Assembly: GCA_016184105.1 (NCBI GenBank)
Contig: JACPDI010000027.1
Coordinates: forward strand, 52,112 to 116,111
DNA from: Acidobacteriota bacterium
GTDB taxonomy: Bacteria > Acidobacteriota > Vicinamibacteria > Vicinamibacterales > 2-12-FULL-66-21
DNA: 64,000 nucleotides
Direction: 5' to 3'
In this document: positions 41,311-51,040 of the stretch, piece after piece
How positions within the stretch are numbered: position 1 is the stretch's first letter
Layout of the letters: each line of letters opens with the position of its first letter
Notes under the pieces: generated by a model
Seen by the model: only the letters and a program-made list of their open reading frames with translations
What the model was told of the DNA's origin: nothing
Database searches by the model: none
Position numbers and translations under genes: made by a program

Positions 41311-42647
41311 CGCGCCAGATCACCACACGCGCGATCGCCGCCGCCTGCCTCGTCGCATGGCTCGCCGGCTCGGCCGGCATGGAGGCGCAGCCGCGCCAGC
41401 GGCAGCGCCGGCATCCTCCCACCTCTGCCACCGCGGTGCGGCCGCGCGCAGCCGCCACCGTCTGTCCGCGCTGCGGGTGGGCGCCGCGACAGGCCGGAAG
41501 CGTGAGGATCGTGCGCGGTCTCGCGGCGCTTCGCAAGGCGATGAGGGAGGCGGACCCGGGGGCGACGATCCTTCTGGCGGATGGCGAGTACCAGCTCGAT
41601 CGCACGATCAGGATCGACGTGCCGGGCCTCGTGCTGCGCGGCGCCAGCGGCAATCGCGACCGGGTCATCCTGCGCGGCGCGGGGATGACGGGAGGCAGGG
41701 TCGGCGTCGGCATTGCGGTCAACGCCCGCGACGTCACCATCGCCGACCTGACCGTCGGCTGGGTCTCGCACCACGGCATCCAGGTCCGCGGCGAGCGCGG
41801 CGCCGGCGGCTTCGTCGTGCACAACGTCCGCATCGTGGACACCGGAGAGCAACTGCTCAAGGGCAGCGTCGCCGCCAACGGCGAACATGCGGACAACGGC
41901 CTCGTCGCGTGCTCGCTGTTCGAGTACACCGACGCCGCGCCGAGCGACTACACCAATGGCATCGACGTCCTCGCGGCGCGCGGCTGGACCGTGCGCGACA
42001 GCCGGTTCGAGCGCATCCGGGGGCCGGAATCCCGGGGCCGGGAAGCGGGTCCGGCGATCCTGTTCTGGGCCGCTTCCGGCGGCACGGTCGTGGAGCGCAA
42101 CCTGATCGTGGACTCGTACCGCGGCATCGCGCTCGGCGTGCGGGCGGGACGAAGCAAGCGGGCGCGCGGCCAGGAAACCGCGTTCGATCACGATGGCGGG
42201 CTGATTCGCAACAACGTCGTCGTCAACCTGTCCCGATGGGCGAACGAAGGCATCGAGGTCAACAGCGCGCGGGACGTCACGGTCGAACACAACACCGTGG
42301 TCGTCGAGGGATCGCTCGACTGGTCGATCAGCGTGCGCTTCCCGGAAACGCGCGGAACCGTCGCGAACAATCTCACCAGCCGCGAGATCAAGTTCCGCAA
42401 CGGCGGCGCGGCCGTGATGAAAGGCAACGTCACGGGCGCACGCCGCGACTGGTTTGTCGACCCGGCCGCGGCCGATCTCCATCTGACCGGCCGTGCCGCC
42501 GGCGCGATCGACGCGGGAGTGCCGGTCGATGCACGGATGACGGACTTCGATCGCCGAAGCCGCAGCGTCGGGCGGGCGCCAGACGCCGGCGCGTTCGAGT
42601 ACGCGGGCGCGGCCCCCGCCGCCCGCGGAAGTGGCGGACCACGATGA
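41307..42647 (+). CDS. secreted right-handed parallel beta-helix protein (possible EPS lyase, hydrolase or epimerase)
   Basis: ORF 41307..42647 (ATGA overlap). Signal MTRQITTRAIAAACLVAWLAGSAGMEA. Repetitive V/I-x-N motifs: VTIADLTV, HNVRIVD, ERNLIVDS, RNNVVVN, VEHNTVVV. Confidence 0.7.
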   Translation: MTRQITTRAIAAACLVAWLAGSAGMEAQPRQRQRRHPPTSATAVRPRAAATVCPRCGWAPRQAGSVRIVRGLAALRKAMREADPGATILLADGEYQLDRTIRIDVPGLVLRGASGNRDRVILRGAGMTGGRVGVGIAVNARDVTIADLTVGWVSHHGIQVRGERGAGGFVVHNVRIVDTGEQLLKGSVAANGEHADNGLVACSLFEYTDAAPSDYTNGIDVLAARGWTVRDSRFERIRGPESRGREAGPAILFWAASGGTVVERNLIVDSYRGIALGVRAGRSKRARGQETAFDHDGGLIRNNVVVNLSRWANEGIEVNSARDVTVEHNTVVVEGSLDWSISVRFPETRGTVANNLTSREIKFRNGGAAVMKGNVTGARRDWFVDPAAADLHLTGRAAGAIDAGVPVDARMTDFDRRSRSVGRAPDAGAFEYAGAAPAARGSGGPR

Positions 42648-43633
42648 GCCGCACGCTGCCCCGGGTCTCCTTCATCGTCCCGGTGCGCAACGACGCGGCG
42701 TGCCTCGCGCGGTGCCTCGCGTCGATTGGCACACTGCGCTACCCGCGAGACCTCGTGGAAACGATCGTCGTCGACAACGGTTCGCGCGACGGCTCGCCCG
42801 GCGTCGCCGCCACGGCCGGAGCCCGGGTGCTGGAAATGCCGGGCGGGCGCGTCGCCGGCCTGCGCAACCGCGGTGCCCGCAGCGCAGCGGGAGCCCTGCT
42901 CGCCTTCGTCGATGCGGACCATGAACTCGATCCGGGCTGGCTCGCGGCCGCTGTCGATTCACTGGCGGAACCCGGCGCCGGCGCCGCCGGCGCCGCGTAC
43001 TCGCCGCCGCCCGCCGCCGGATGGGTGCAGCGCACGTACGACGCGCTGCGGGAGCGGCCGGCGGAACGGCGGGACGCCGAGTGGCTGGCGAGCGGCAACA
43101 TGGCCGTGTGGCGGGCGGCGTTTGACGCGGTGGGGGGCTTCGACGCAGCGCTCGAAACCTGCGAGGACGTGGACTTCTGCCGGCGCTTGCGCCTCGCGGG
43201 CTATGCCGTCGTCGCCGAGCCGCGAATGCGGAGCGTGCACCACGGCGACCCCCGCACGCTCGGTTCGGTGTTCTTCGGCGAGTTGTGGCGGGGCCGCGAC
43301 AACCTGCGCGTCAGCCTGCGCGCGCCGCGCTCGTGGCGATCCCTCGCCAGCGCCGTCATCCCCGTCCTCGACCTCGCCGCGCTTGCCGCAACGGCGATCT
43401 TCCTCGTCGCCGCCCCGCCCGGCGTGGCGTGGCTGGCTGGCGGCGCAGCCGCGGTTCCCTTCGCGTTGATCGGCGCGCGGGCCCTGCGCATGCTGCGGCG
43501 CGGCCGCCAGGTTCGCCTCGCCGACGCGGTGCAGGCCGTTCTGGTGGCCGGCGCGTACGATTCGGGCCGCGCGTTCGCCGTCATCCTGGGGGCCGCCTAT
43601 TCCCGGCGGCGTCCCGAGGCTGGCGTCCCATGA
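42644..43633 (+). CDS. glycosyltransferase family 2
   Basis: Tail of ORF 41300..43633, starting at ATG 42644 (ATGA overlap). SFIVPVRNDAACL, VVDNGSRDGS, FVDADH (DxD). C-terminal TM helices. Confidence 0.85.
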   Translation: MSRTLPRVSFIVPVRNDAACLARCLASIGTLRYPRDLVETIVVDNGSRDGSPGVAATAGARVLEMPGGRVAGLRNRGARSAAGALLAFVDADHELDPGWLAAAVDSLAEPGAGAAGAAYSPPPAAGWVQRTYDALRERPAERRDAEWLASGNMAVWRAAFDAVGGFDAALETCEDVDFCRRLRLAGYAVVAEPRMRSVHHGDPRTLGSVFFGELWRGRDNLRVSLRAPRSWRSLASAVIPVLDLAALAATAIFLVAAPPGVAWLAGGAAAVPFALIGARALRMLRRGRQVRLADAVQAVLVAGAYDSGRAFAVILGAAYSRRRPEAGVP

Positions 43634-44784
43634 CGCGGCCGCTTCGTGTGCTCGAGCTGCGGACGGTCCGCGGTACCGGCGGCGGCCCGGAGAAGACCAT
43701 CCTGCTCGGCGCGGCCCGGCACGATCCCGCGGAGTTCGACGTCACCGTCTGTTACATCCGCGATCGGCGGGACGACGTGTTCGACGTCGATCGACGGGCC
43801 GGTGCGGCCGGCGTCCGCTACCTGGAAGTCGTCGAGCGCCGTTCCTTCGACCCGCGGATCTGGCCTGCCCTCCGTCGCACGGTCGCCGAACGGCGGATCG
43901 ATCTGGTGCACTCGCACGACTACAAGACCGACCTGCTGGCGCTGCTGCTCGCCCGGCGTGACGGCGTCACGCCGCTCACGACCGCTCACGGGTGGACCGG
44001 CCAGTCCTGGCGCGAGCGACGGGTGTACTACCCCGCGGATCGGCTCCTGCTCCGCCGGTTTCCGTGCGTGATTGCGGTGTCCTCCGAGATCCGCGATGTG
44101 CTCGTCCGGTCGGGAGTCCCGGCGGCGCGCGTCCGCACGATCCTCAACGGTATCGATCCCGGGGCGTTTCGCCGCGAGCGGTCGAGGGAAGCGGCCGCCC
44201 GCCGCGCGCTCGGTTTCCCGCCCGGCGCCATCATCGTCGGCGCGATCGGCCGCCTCGAGCGCCAGAAGCGGTTCGACCTGCTGCTCGACGCCTTCGCGCA
44301 GCTCTCGAGCCGGCATCCGCAGCTGCGTCTGGCCGTCGCCGGCGGCGGTTCGCTCGAAGCCGCGCTCAGGGCCCAGGCCGATCGGCTGCGGTTGAACGGA
44401 TCGGTGCGGCTGCTGGGCGCGCGCGGCGACATCGTGACCCTGCACCACGGATTCGATCTCTTCGTGCAGTCGTCCGAGTACGAAGGCACGCCCAACGCGG
44501 TGCTCGAAGCGATGGCCCTGGAAACGCCGGTGGTCGCCACGGCCGCCGGCGGGACCGCGGAACTGGTGCGTGATGGCATCGACGCACTCGTGGTCGAGCC
44601 GCGTGACGTGCGGGGGCTCGTCGCTGCGATCGATGAGGCCGTGCGGAATCCGGACGCGATGCGGCGCAGGGCGGCATCGGCGAGGGCACGCGTCGAGACC
44701 ACCCTGTCGTTCGAGGCGCGCACGCGCGCGCTCGAGGAGGTCTACCGGCAGCACGGTACCGCATCGCGGCGGAGGCATGGATGA
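43630..44784 (+). CDS. glycosyltransferase family 4
   Basis: Tail of ORF 43285..44784, starting at ATG 43630 (ATGA overlap). GRLERQKRFDLLL..SEYEGTPNAVLEAMALETPVVAT. Confidence 0.85.
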   Translation: MTRPLRVLELRTVRGTGGGPEKTILLGAARHDPAEFDVTVCYIRDRRDDVFDVDRRAGAAGVRYLEVVERRSFDPRIWPALRRTVAERRIDLVHSHDYKTDLLALLLARRDGVTPLTTAHGWTGQSWRERRVYYPADRLLLRRFPCVIAVSSEIRDVLVRSGVPAARVRTILNGIDPGAFRRERSREAAARRALGFPPGAIIVGAIGRLERQKRFDLLLDAFAQLSSRHPQLRLAVAGGGSLEAALRAQADRLRLNGSVRLLGARGDIVTLHHGFDLFVQSSEYEGTPNAVLEAMALETPVVATAAGGTAELVRDGIDALVVEPRDVRGLVAAIDEAVRNPDAMRRRAASARARVETTLSFEARTRALEEVYRQHGTASRRRHG

Positions 44785-45410
44785 CAGGGATACGCGCGAC
44801 CGCCAAGGCGATTGCGCGGGCCCTCGCGACCGTGGCGGTCGCCCCCGCGCTCGTGTCCTACTGGATCCGTGCCCGCGTGTTCGGCCGGGACCGTGCGCTG
44901 GCCGGATCGACGCAGGCGCTGTCGCTGATTCCGGGGCTCCCCGGACGGTACCTGCGGGCGGCGTTCCTTCGCCGGGTACTCCAGGAATGCAGTGCTGAAG
45001 TGGCGATCGAGTTCGGCGTGCTGTTCTCGCAGGCGGGTGCCCGCATCGAGCCGCACGTGTATGTCGGGCCCGGATCGCACCTCGGCCTCGTGCACCTCGA
45101 GCGCGACGTCCTGCTCGGCGCCGCGGTTCACGTGACGAGCGGGCCGGCCACGCACGGGATCGCAGACCTGACGATTCCGATCCGCGAGCAGCCCGGAACG
45201 CCGCGGCTGGTCCGCATCGGTGCGGGCTCGTGGATCGGCAGCGGCAGCGTGGTCATGGCCGACGTCGGGCGCGGCACGGTCGTCGCCGCCGGGGCGGTCG
45301 TGACGCGACCGCTGCCCGACTGCGTCATCGCGGCCGGTGTGCCCGCGCGCATCATCCGGGCGCGCGCGGTTGCCGCCGATGCCGACCGTCCCGAGGCGTT
45401 GGTGTCGTGA
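44781..45410 (+). CDS. hexapeptide-repeat (LbH) acyl/acetyltransferase
   Basis: ORF 44781..45410 (ATGA overlap). Hexapeptide repeats IGAGSWIGSGSVVMADVGRGTVVAAGAVV. Confidence 0.8.
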   Translation: MTGIRATAKAIARALATVAVAPALVSYWIRARVFGRDRALAGSTQALSLIPGLPGRYLRAAFLRRVLQECSAEVAIEFGVLFSQAGARIEPHVYVGPGSHLGLVHLERDVLLGAAVHVTSGPATHGIADLTIPIREQPGTPRLVRIGAGSWIGSGSVVMADVGRGTVVAAGAVVTRPLPDCVIAAGVPARIIRARAVAADADRPEALVS

Positions 45411-46624
45411 AGATTCTCTACCTCACGCACCGGGTGCCGTACGCGCCGAACCGCGGCGACCGCCTGCGCGCGTTTCACGCGCTGCGCCTGCTGGCGGCCG
45501 AACACCAGGTCTCGCTGGTCTCGCTGGCGCACGGCCGGGAGGAGACGCGCGACCTCTCGGCGCTTCGACCGCTGGTGCGTGACCTGGAAATCGTGCGGGT
45601 GTCGCGTGCAGGGCAGGCCGTGCGGGCGGCACGCGGGCTCGCCACCGGCCGTCCGCTGACGCACTGCCTGCTCGACGCCTCCGGGATGCGGCCGGCGCTC
45701 GAGCGGATCGTGCGGCGCCGGCAGCCGGAGGTCGTCCTGGCGTACTGCTCGGGCATGGCGCGCTTCGCGGCGGAGCCGCCGCTTGCAGACATTCCGTTCG
45801 TGCTCGATCTCGTCGACGTCGACTCGCTGAAATGGGCGGAGCTGGCTCTCGCCACGCGCGGACCGCTCGGTCGAGTCTATGCCCGCGAGGCGCAGCGCCT
45901 GCGGGCGTTCGAGGCGCGTGCCAGCCTTGCCGCGCGCGCGGCGCTCGTCGTGAACGAGCGCGAGCGCGCGGCGCTCGTCCGCCTGGCGCCCGACGCGTAC
46001 GTGAGAATCGTGCCCAACGGCGTGGATCTGGAATCGTTCGCGCCTCCGGCGGATGTGCCCCGGCGACGCGACGTCGTCTTCTGCGGCGTCATGAACTACG
46101 GCCCTAACGCGGACGCCGCGCGGTGGCTGGCGCGCGACGTGTGGCCGCGCGTCCGGCGCGACGTGGCCGACGCGAGACTCCTGATCGTCGGCGCCGATCC
46201 AACCGCTGCCGTCCGCGCGCTGGCCTCGCCACGCCAGCAGATCGAGGTGACCGGCACGGTATCGGACGTCCGGCCGTATCTCTGGCAGGCGGTCGCTGCC
46301 GCGGCGCCGCTCGCCACGGCGCGCGGCGTTCAGAACAAGGTGCTCGAAGCCGTGGCCGCCGGAACCCCCTGCGTCGTCACGCCGCAGGTGGCGGAAGGCC
46401 TCCCCCACGAAGTGCTGCCCGCGTGCGTGCAGGCGGCCGACGCGGACGCATTCGCCGTCGCGCTTGCGCGCCTCCTCCACCTCGCCGACGACGAGCGTCG
46501 CGCGCTCGTCGCGGGCGCCGACCTGGCGTCGCTCGGCTGGCCGCAACGGCTGGCGGCGCTCCCGGCCATCCTTGAAGCCGCGGCCTTCAGCCGGGAGAGC
46601 GCCGCGGCATTGGGCCTCGCATGA
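45407..46624 (+). CDS. PEP-CTERM/EpsH1-system-associated sugar transferase-like glycosyltransferase
   Basis: Tail of ORF 45230..46624, starting at GTG 45407 (GTGA overlap). N-terminus VKILYLTHRVPYAPNRGDRLRAFHALRLLA matches my memory of that family. Confidence 0.8.
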   Translation: MKILYLTHRVPYAPNRGDRLRAFHALRLLAAEHQVSLVSLAHGREETRDLSALRPLVRDLEIVRVSRAGQAVRAARGLATGRPLTHCLLDASGMRPALERIVRRRQPEVVLAYCSGMARFAAEPPLADIPFVLDLVDVDSLKWAELALATRGPLGRVYAREAQRLRAFEARASLAARAALVVNERERAALVRLAPDAYVRIVPNGVDLESFAPPADVPRRRDVVFCGVMNYGPNADAARWLARDVWPRVRRDVADARLLIVGADPTAAVRALASPRQQIEVTGTVSDVRPYLWQAVAAAAPLATARGVQNKVLEAVAAGTPCVVTPQVAEGLPHEVLPACVQAADADAFAVALARLLHLADDERRALVAGADLASLGWPQRLAALPAILEAAAFSRESAAALGLA

Positions 46625-48429
46625 GCTGGGAACCGCTCGTCGCGCTCGCCCTCCTTGTCGCTATCCTTTATATATTGGGGCGGAACCTTGCGCCGCCCGA
46701 TGTCACGCTGGTTGGCGGGCTGACGGCGCTGATGTCGCTCAGCGCGTTCTCCGGCCGCTTCCCGACCCCCCGCGAGGCCGCCCTGGCGTTCGGCAACGAG
46801 GGACTGCTGACAGTCGGCGTCCTGTTCGTCATTGCCGCGGGGCTCACCGAAACGGGCGGAATCGCGCTGCTGACCGAACGCCTCCTGGGCCGTCCGGCCA
46901 CGCTCCTGCGCGCCCTCGTCCGGATGATCGTGCCGGTGGCCGTCACCAGCGCGTTCATCAACAACACGCCGGTCGTGGCGATGTTCGTGCCCGTCATCGG
47001 CGAGTGGTGCAAGAAGACACGCCAGAGCCCGTCGAAACTCTTCATTCCGCTCAGCTATGCCGCCATTCTCGGCGGGGTCTGCACGCTCATCGGCACCAGC
47101 ACGAACCTCGTCGTCCAGGGGATGCTGATCGAGGCGAACAAGACGGATCCCTCGATCCGGCCGTTCGGGATGTTCACGATTACGCCGCTCGGCCTGCCCG
47201 TCGCCCTCGCCGGGCTGGCGTACCTGGTCGTCCTCGCGCCGCGGCTGCTGCCCGATCGGCGACAGCCCGCCTGGAACGGCGACGAGACGCGACAGTACAC
47301 CGCGGAGCTGCTCGTCAGGCGCAACAGCCCGATCGTCGGAAAGACGGTCGAAGACGCCGGCCTTCGGCACCTGCCGGGCGCCTACCTGATGGCTATCCAG
47401 CGCGGCGCCGAATCGCTCGCCGGCATCGGGCCGGGGCAGCGCCTGCTCGCCGAGGATCGGCTGGTGTTTGTGGGCATCGTGGACTCGCTCGTCGAGCTGC
47501 AGAACGTCCGCGGGCTGTCGCCGCCGCTCGAGCACACGTACCGCGTGAACGATCGGCGCGAGGATCGGTGCCTGACCGAGGTGGTCGTCAGCCCGCGATG
47601 CCCTCTTGTCGGCAAGAGCATCCGGGAGGGGCAGTTCAGGAACCGCTACGACGCCGTGGTCCTGGCCGTGCACCGGCACGGCGAGCGTATCCAGGAAAAG
47701 ATTGGCGACATCGTGCTGAAAGTCGGCGACACGCTGTTGCTGCAGACCCGCCCATGGTTTCACCGGAAGCACCGGAACAACGGCGACTTCTTCCTCAGCT
47801 CCGCCGTCCCCGGATCCCGTCCGGTCCGCCACGACCGCGCCTGGATCGCCCTGGCGATCTTCGCCGCTCTGGTGGTCGCCGCGGCGTTCGAGGGGAGCCT
47901 CGGGTTGAGCCTGCTGAACATTGGACTGCTCGCGGCGGCGCTCATGGGTCTGACGCGCTGCTGCTCGGCCGAGCAGGCGCGGCGCAGCATCGACTGGTCG
48001 ACTCTCATCGCGATTGGCGCCGCGATCGGCATCGGGCGCGCGATCGAGTCAACAGGCCTCGCGGCCATCGCGGCGGCCACGCTCGTCGACGCGCTTCGCC
48101 CCGCCGGGCCGTGGGCCGTGCTCGCGGGAATCTACCTGCTGACGCTGGTCTTCACGGAAATCGTCACCAACAACGCCGCCGCCGCACTGGCTTTCCCGAT
48201 CGCGCTCGCCGCGGCGCGCGGCATGGGCGTGGACTTCGTGCCGTTTGCGGCAACGGTCATGGTGGCCGCATCGTCCGGGTTTGCGACGCCGCTCGGCTAC
48301 CAGACGCACATGATGGTGTACGGGCCGGGAGGATACCGGTTCGGCGATTTCGTCCGCATCGGCCTGCCGCTCGATCTGCTGCTGATGATCGTCACCGTGC
48401 TGGTGACACCCCTGGTGTTCCCCTTCTGA
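46621..48429 (+). CDS. SLC13/DASS-family anion transporter with two central TrkA-C (RCK_C) domains
   Basis: ORF 46621..48429 (ATGA overlap). TM-rich halves with SAFINNTPVVAMF and FTEIVTNNAAAAL hairpin motifs. Two soluble TrkA-C-like inserts (..GKTVEDAGLR.., ..GKSIREGQFR..). Confidence 0.85.
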   Translation: MSWEPLVALALLVAILYILGRNLAPPDVTLVGGLTALMSLSAFSGRFPTPREAALAFGNEGLLTVGVLFVIAAGLTETGGIALLTERLLGRPATLLRALVRMIVPVAVTSAFINNTPVVAMFVPVIGEWCKKTRQSPSKLFIPLSYAAILGGVCTLIGTSTNLVVQGMLIEANKTDPSIRPFGMFTITPLGLPVALAGLAYLVVLAPRLLPDRRQPAWNGDETRQYTAELLVRRNSPIVGKTVEDAGLRHLPGAYLMAIQRGAESLAGIGPGQRLLAEDRLVFVGIVDSLVELQNVRGLSPPLEHTYRVNDRREDRCLTEVVVSPRCPLVGKSIREGQFRNRYDAVVLAVHRHGERIQEKIGDIVLKVGDTLLLQTRPWFHRKHRNNGDFFLSSAVPGSRPVRHDRAWIALAIFAALVVAAAFEGSLGLSLLNIGLLAAALMGLTRCCSAEQARRSIDWSTLIAIGAAIGIGRAIESTGLAAIAAATLVDALRPAGPWAVLAGIYLLTLVFTEIVTNNAAAALAFPIALAAARGMGVDFVPFAATVMVAASSGFATPLGYQTHMMVYGPGGYRFGDFVRIGLPLDLLLMIVTVLVTPLVFPF

Positions 48430-48432
48430 GCC

Positions 48433-50979
48433 ATGCCGGCCGGCCCCCGTTCGTCGTGCGCCGTTTACGTTGCGCCGCTGGCGCCGGCCGCCGGCCGCGT
48501 GCGGATGTACCGCGGCCAGCCGCTCAGACTGGGCGTTCCGCTGCCGCGGGAATGGCTGAGCGATCCCCGGCAGGTCCGCCTGCGCGATGCGGCGGGCCGC
48601 GAGGTCCCGCTTCAGGCGACGCCGGTGGATCTCTGGAGCGATACCAGCGTCCGGTGGCTCCTGCTGGATTTTCAGGTCACGCTCGCGGGCGAGCGCGGAA
48701 CCTACCAACTCGAGCGAGGTTGCTCGATTCAGCCGCCCTTGCCGTCGCTCGCGCGAGAACGTGCGGACGGCACCGTCGAGATCGATACCGGACCCACCCG
48801 CTTCGAGGCGCGAAGCGGCCGGGAATTTCCTCTGACCGCGGGCCCTGCCGCGATGGCGCTGGAGATCGAGGACGAAGACGGCCACCGGCTCGACGCGACG
48901 TTCACGTCGGTCGCGATCGAGGAGAACGGCCCGCTGCGGGCGACTGTCCGCGCCGATGGCCGGATCGGAGGGAGGCGCCAGCGTGCGCTCCTCGAGCTGG
49001 CGCTTCTGATGCACTTCTACCGCGGATCGACGGTCGCCCTCTTCGAGCTGACGACGCGAAATCCCAGGCGCGCGTCGCATCCAGGGGGGTACTGGGAGCT
49101 GGGCGGCGGCGGATCTGTTCTGCTCCGCGAGCTGACGGTGTCGATCCGCCTTCCTGCAGGCGAGGCCCGCGCGCGGTGCTCACCGGAGACCGGCGCGCCG
49201 TTCGCCGACCTGACCGCCCCGATGGAGTTGTACCAGGACTCGAGCGGCGGCAGCAATTGGCAGAGCCGCAACCACGTGAGCCGCCACGGGCGCACCACGG
49301 TGGCGTTTCGCGGGTATCGGTTCAGGGTTGCCGGCAGGCAGGGCCGCGGCTGGCGTGCGACGCCCATCGTCTCGGCGTGGAGCGGGCGCGCGCACGTGTC
49401 GATCGCCATGCGGCAGTTCTGGCAGAACTTCCCGAAGTGTCTCGCGTGGGAGCGCGACTGCCTTCGGCTGTCGCTCTTCCCGCGGCAGGCGGCGGATCTG
49501 CACGAGATCCAGGGGGGCGAGCAGAAGACGCACGCGTTCTTCATCGGCTTCGGCGCCGACGCGATCACCGACGAGCCGCTCGACTGGGTTCGCTCGCCGC
49601 TCTGCGCGTGGGTCGATCCCGCCTGGGCCTGCGCCACCGGCGCGTTCGGCTCTGTCCTGCCGCTCGCCGAGGATGCTCGCGAGGACTGCGTGCGGCTCGC
49701 ACGCGCCGCCATCGAGGGTCCCACCGCGTTTGCCGCGAGGCGCGAGGTCGTCGACGAATACGGCTGGCGTCACTTCGGCGATCTCTACGCGGACCACGAG
49801 TCGGTTCACGCGCCGGCGGAACGGCCGCTGATCTCCCACTACAACAACCAGTACGACGCCGTCGCGGGATTCGCCTGCCAGCACCTTCGCGACGGCGACC
49901 TGCGCTGGCGCGAGCTGATGGACGATCTTGCGGCGCACGTCGTGGACGTGGACATCTATCACACCGGCGAGGATCGCTCCGAGTACAGCCACGGGCTCTT
50001 CTGGCACACCGCCCACTACGTCGATGCGGGACGCTCGACGCACCGGACGTACGCGCGCTCCAGCGCCGCCGGCGGCGGAGGCCCTTCCGCCGAGCACAAC
50101 TACACGACGGGGCTCATGCTCCACTGGTTCATGACCGGCTCGCGCCGGTCCCGGGATGCGGTGCTGGAGCTCGCCGGGTGGGTGCTGCAGATGGAAGAGG
50201 GGGGGCGTGCGATCCTGCGGTGGATCGCGCGTCCCCCCTCCGGCGCCGCGACGCGGACGGTGTCGCCGCTCTATCACGGCCCCGGCCGCGGCGCGGGCAA
50301 CTCGATCAACGCGATGCTGGACGCGTTCCGCCTGACGGGCGAGGCGCGCTATCTCGAGGCCGCCGAGCGGTTCATCCGCCGGTGCATCCATCCGCGCGAC
50401 GACATCGCGGCGCGCGCGCTGCTGGACGCCGAGCGGCGCTGGTCCTATACCGTGTTCCTCCAGGCGCTCGGCAAGTATCTCGATATCAAGCGCGAGCGCG
50501 GCGAGCGCGATCGAATGTACCGCTACGCGCGGTGCAGCCTGCTCGCCTACGCCGACTGGATGGCGGCGCACGAGCGCGCCTACCTCGATCATCCGGAGGC
50601 GCTCGAGTTTCCGACCGAGACGTGGGCCGCGCAGGAGCTCCGCAAAGCGGATGTGTTCCGCCTCGCCGCGGCGTACGGCACGAGCGAGCGCCGGCCGGTG
50701 TATGTGGAGCGATCGGAGTATTTTTACGACCGCGCGATCGGTGGTCTGCGCAACGCGCCCACGCGAACGCTGACCCGTCCGCTCGTGCTGCTCATCACCA
50801 ACACCGTCGCGCCCCCTGCGCGGCTCACCGTCCCCGCCGACGCATCGCCCGATCCCGTCGAGGATTTCGGACACCCGGCGCCGTTCGTGTCGCAGCGCCA
50901 GCGCGCCGCGCGGCGCCTGGCCTCCGCAGCCGCCCTGATCATGGCGGCCACGCTGCTGCTGCTCCTCGCGGCGCTCTGA
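48433..50979 (+). CDS. large conserved hypothetical protein (848 aa) with a C-terminal hydrophobic tail
   Basis: ORF 48433..50979. No signal peptide seen. Motifs VDEYGWRHFGDLYADHE, ISHYNNQYD, GLFWHTAHY, EHNYTTGLMLHWF. Ends in AALIMAATLLLLLAAL. Confidence 0.7.
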   Translation: MPAGPRSSCAVYVAPLAPAAGRVRMYRGQPLRLGVPLPREWLSDPRQVRLRDAAGREVPLQATPVDLWSDTSVRWLLLDFQVTLAGERGTYQLERGCSIQPPLPSLARERADGTVEIDTGPTRFEARSGREFPLTAGPAAMALEIEDEDGHRLDATFTSVAIEENGPLRATVRADGRIGGRRQRALLELALLMHFYRGSTVALFELTTRNPRRASHPGGYWELGGGGSVLLRELTVSIRLPAGEARARCSPETGAPFADLTAPMELYQDSSGGSNWQSRNHVSRHGRTTVAFRGYRFRVAGRQGRGWRATPIVSAWSGRAHVSIAMRQFWQNFPKCLAWERDCLRLSLFPRQAADLHEIQGGEQKTHAFFIGFGADAITDEPLDWVRSPLCAWVDPAWACATGAFGSVLPLAEDAREDCVRLARAAIEGPTAFAARREVVDEYGWRHFGDLYADHESVHAPAERPLISHYNNQYDAVAGFACQHLRDGDLRWRELMDDLAAHVVDVDIYHTGEDRSEYSHGLFWHTAHYVDAGRSTHRTYARSSAAGGGGPSAEHNYTTGLMLHWFMTGSRRSRDAVLELAGWVLQMEEGGRAILRWIARPPSGAATRTVSPLYHGPGRGAGNSINAMLDAFRLTGEARYLEAAERFIRRCIHPRDDIAARALLDAERRWSYTVFLQALGKYLDIKRERGERDRMYRYARCSLLAYADWMAAHERAYLDHPEALEFPTETWAAQELRKADVFRLAAAYGTSERRPVYVERSEYFYDRAIGGLRNAPTRTLTRPLVLLITNTVAPPARLTVPADASPDPVEDFGHPAPFVSQRQRAARRLASAAALIMAATLLLLLAAL

Positions 50980-51040
50980 GGAACGCCAGAAGGCGATCCC
51001 CACCGGACGCGTGACCATCCGGCGTGCGCCTGACCGGCGC

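Noticed and set aside
46464-51014. 1516-aa ORF, the longest in the track
   Set aside because: Its composition is overwhelmingly Arg/Ala/Pro/Gly. It overlaps, out of frame, the clearly real DASS transporter and the 848-aa protein. Shadow ORF.
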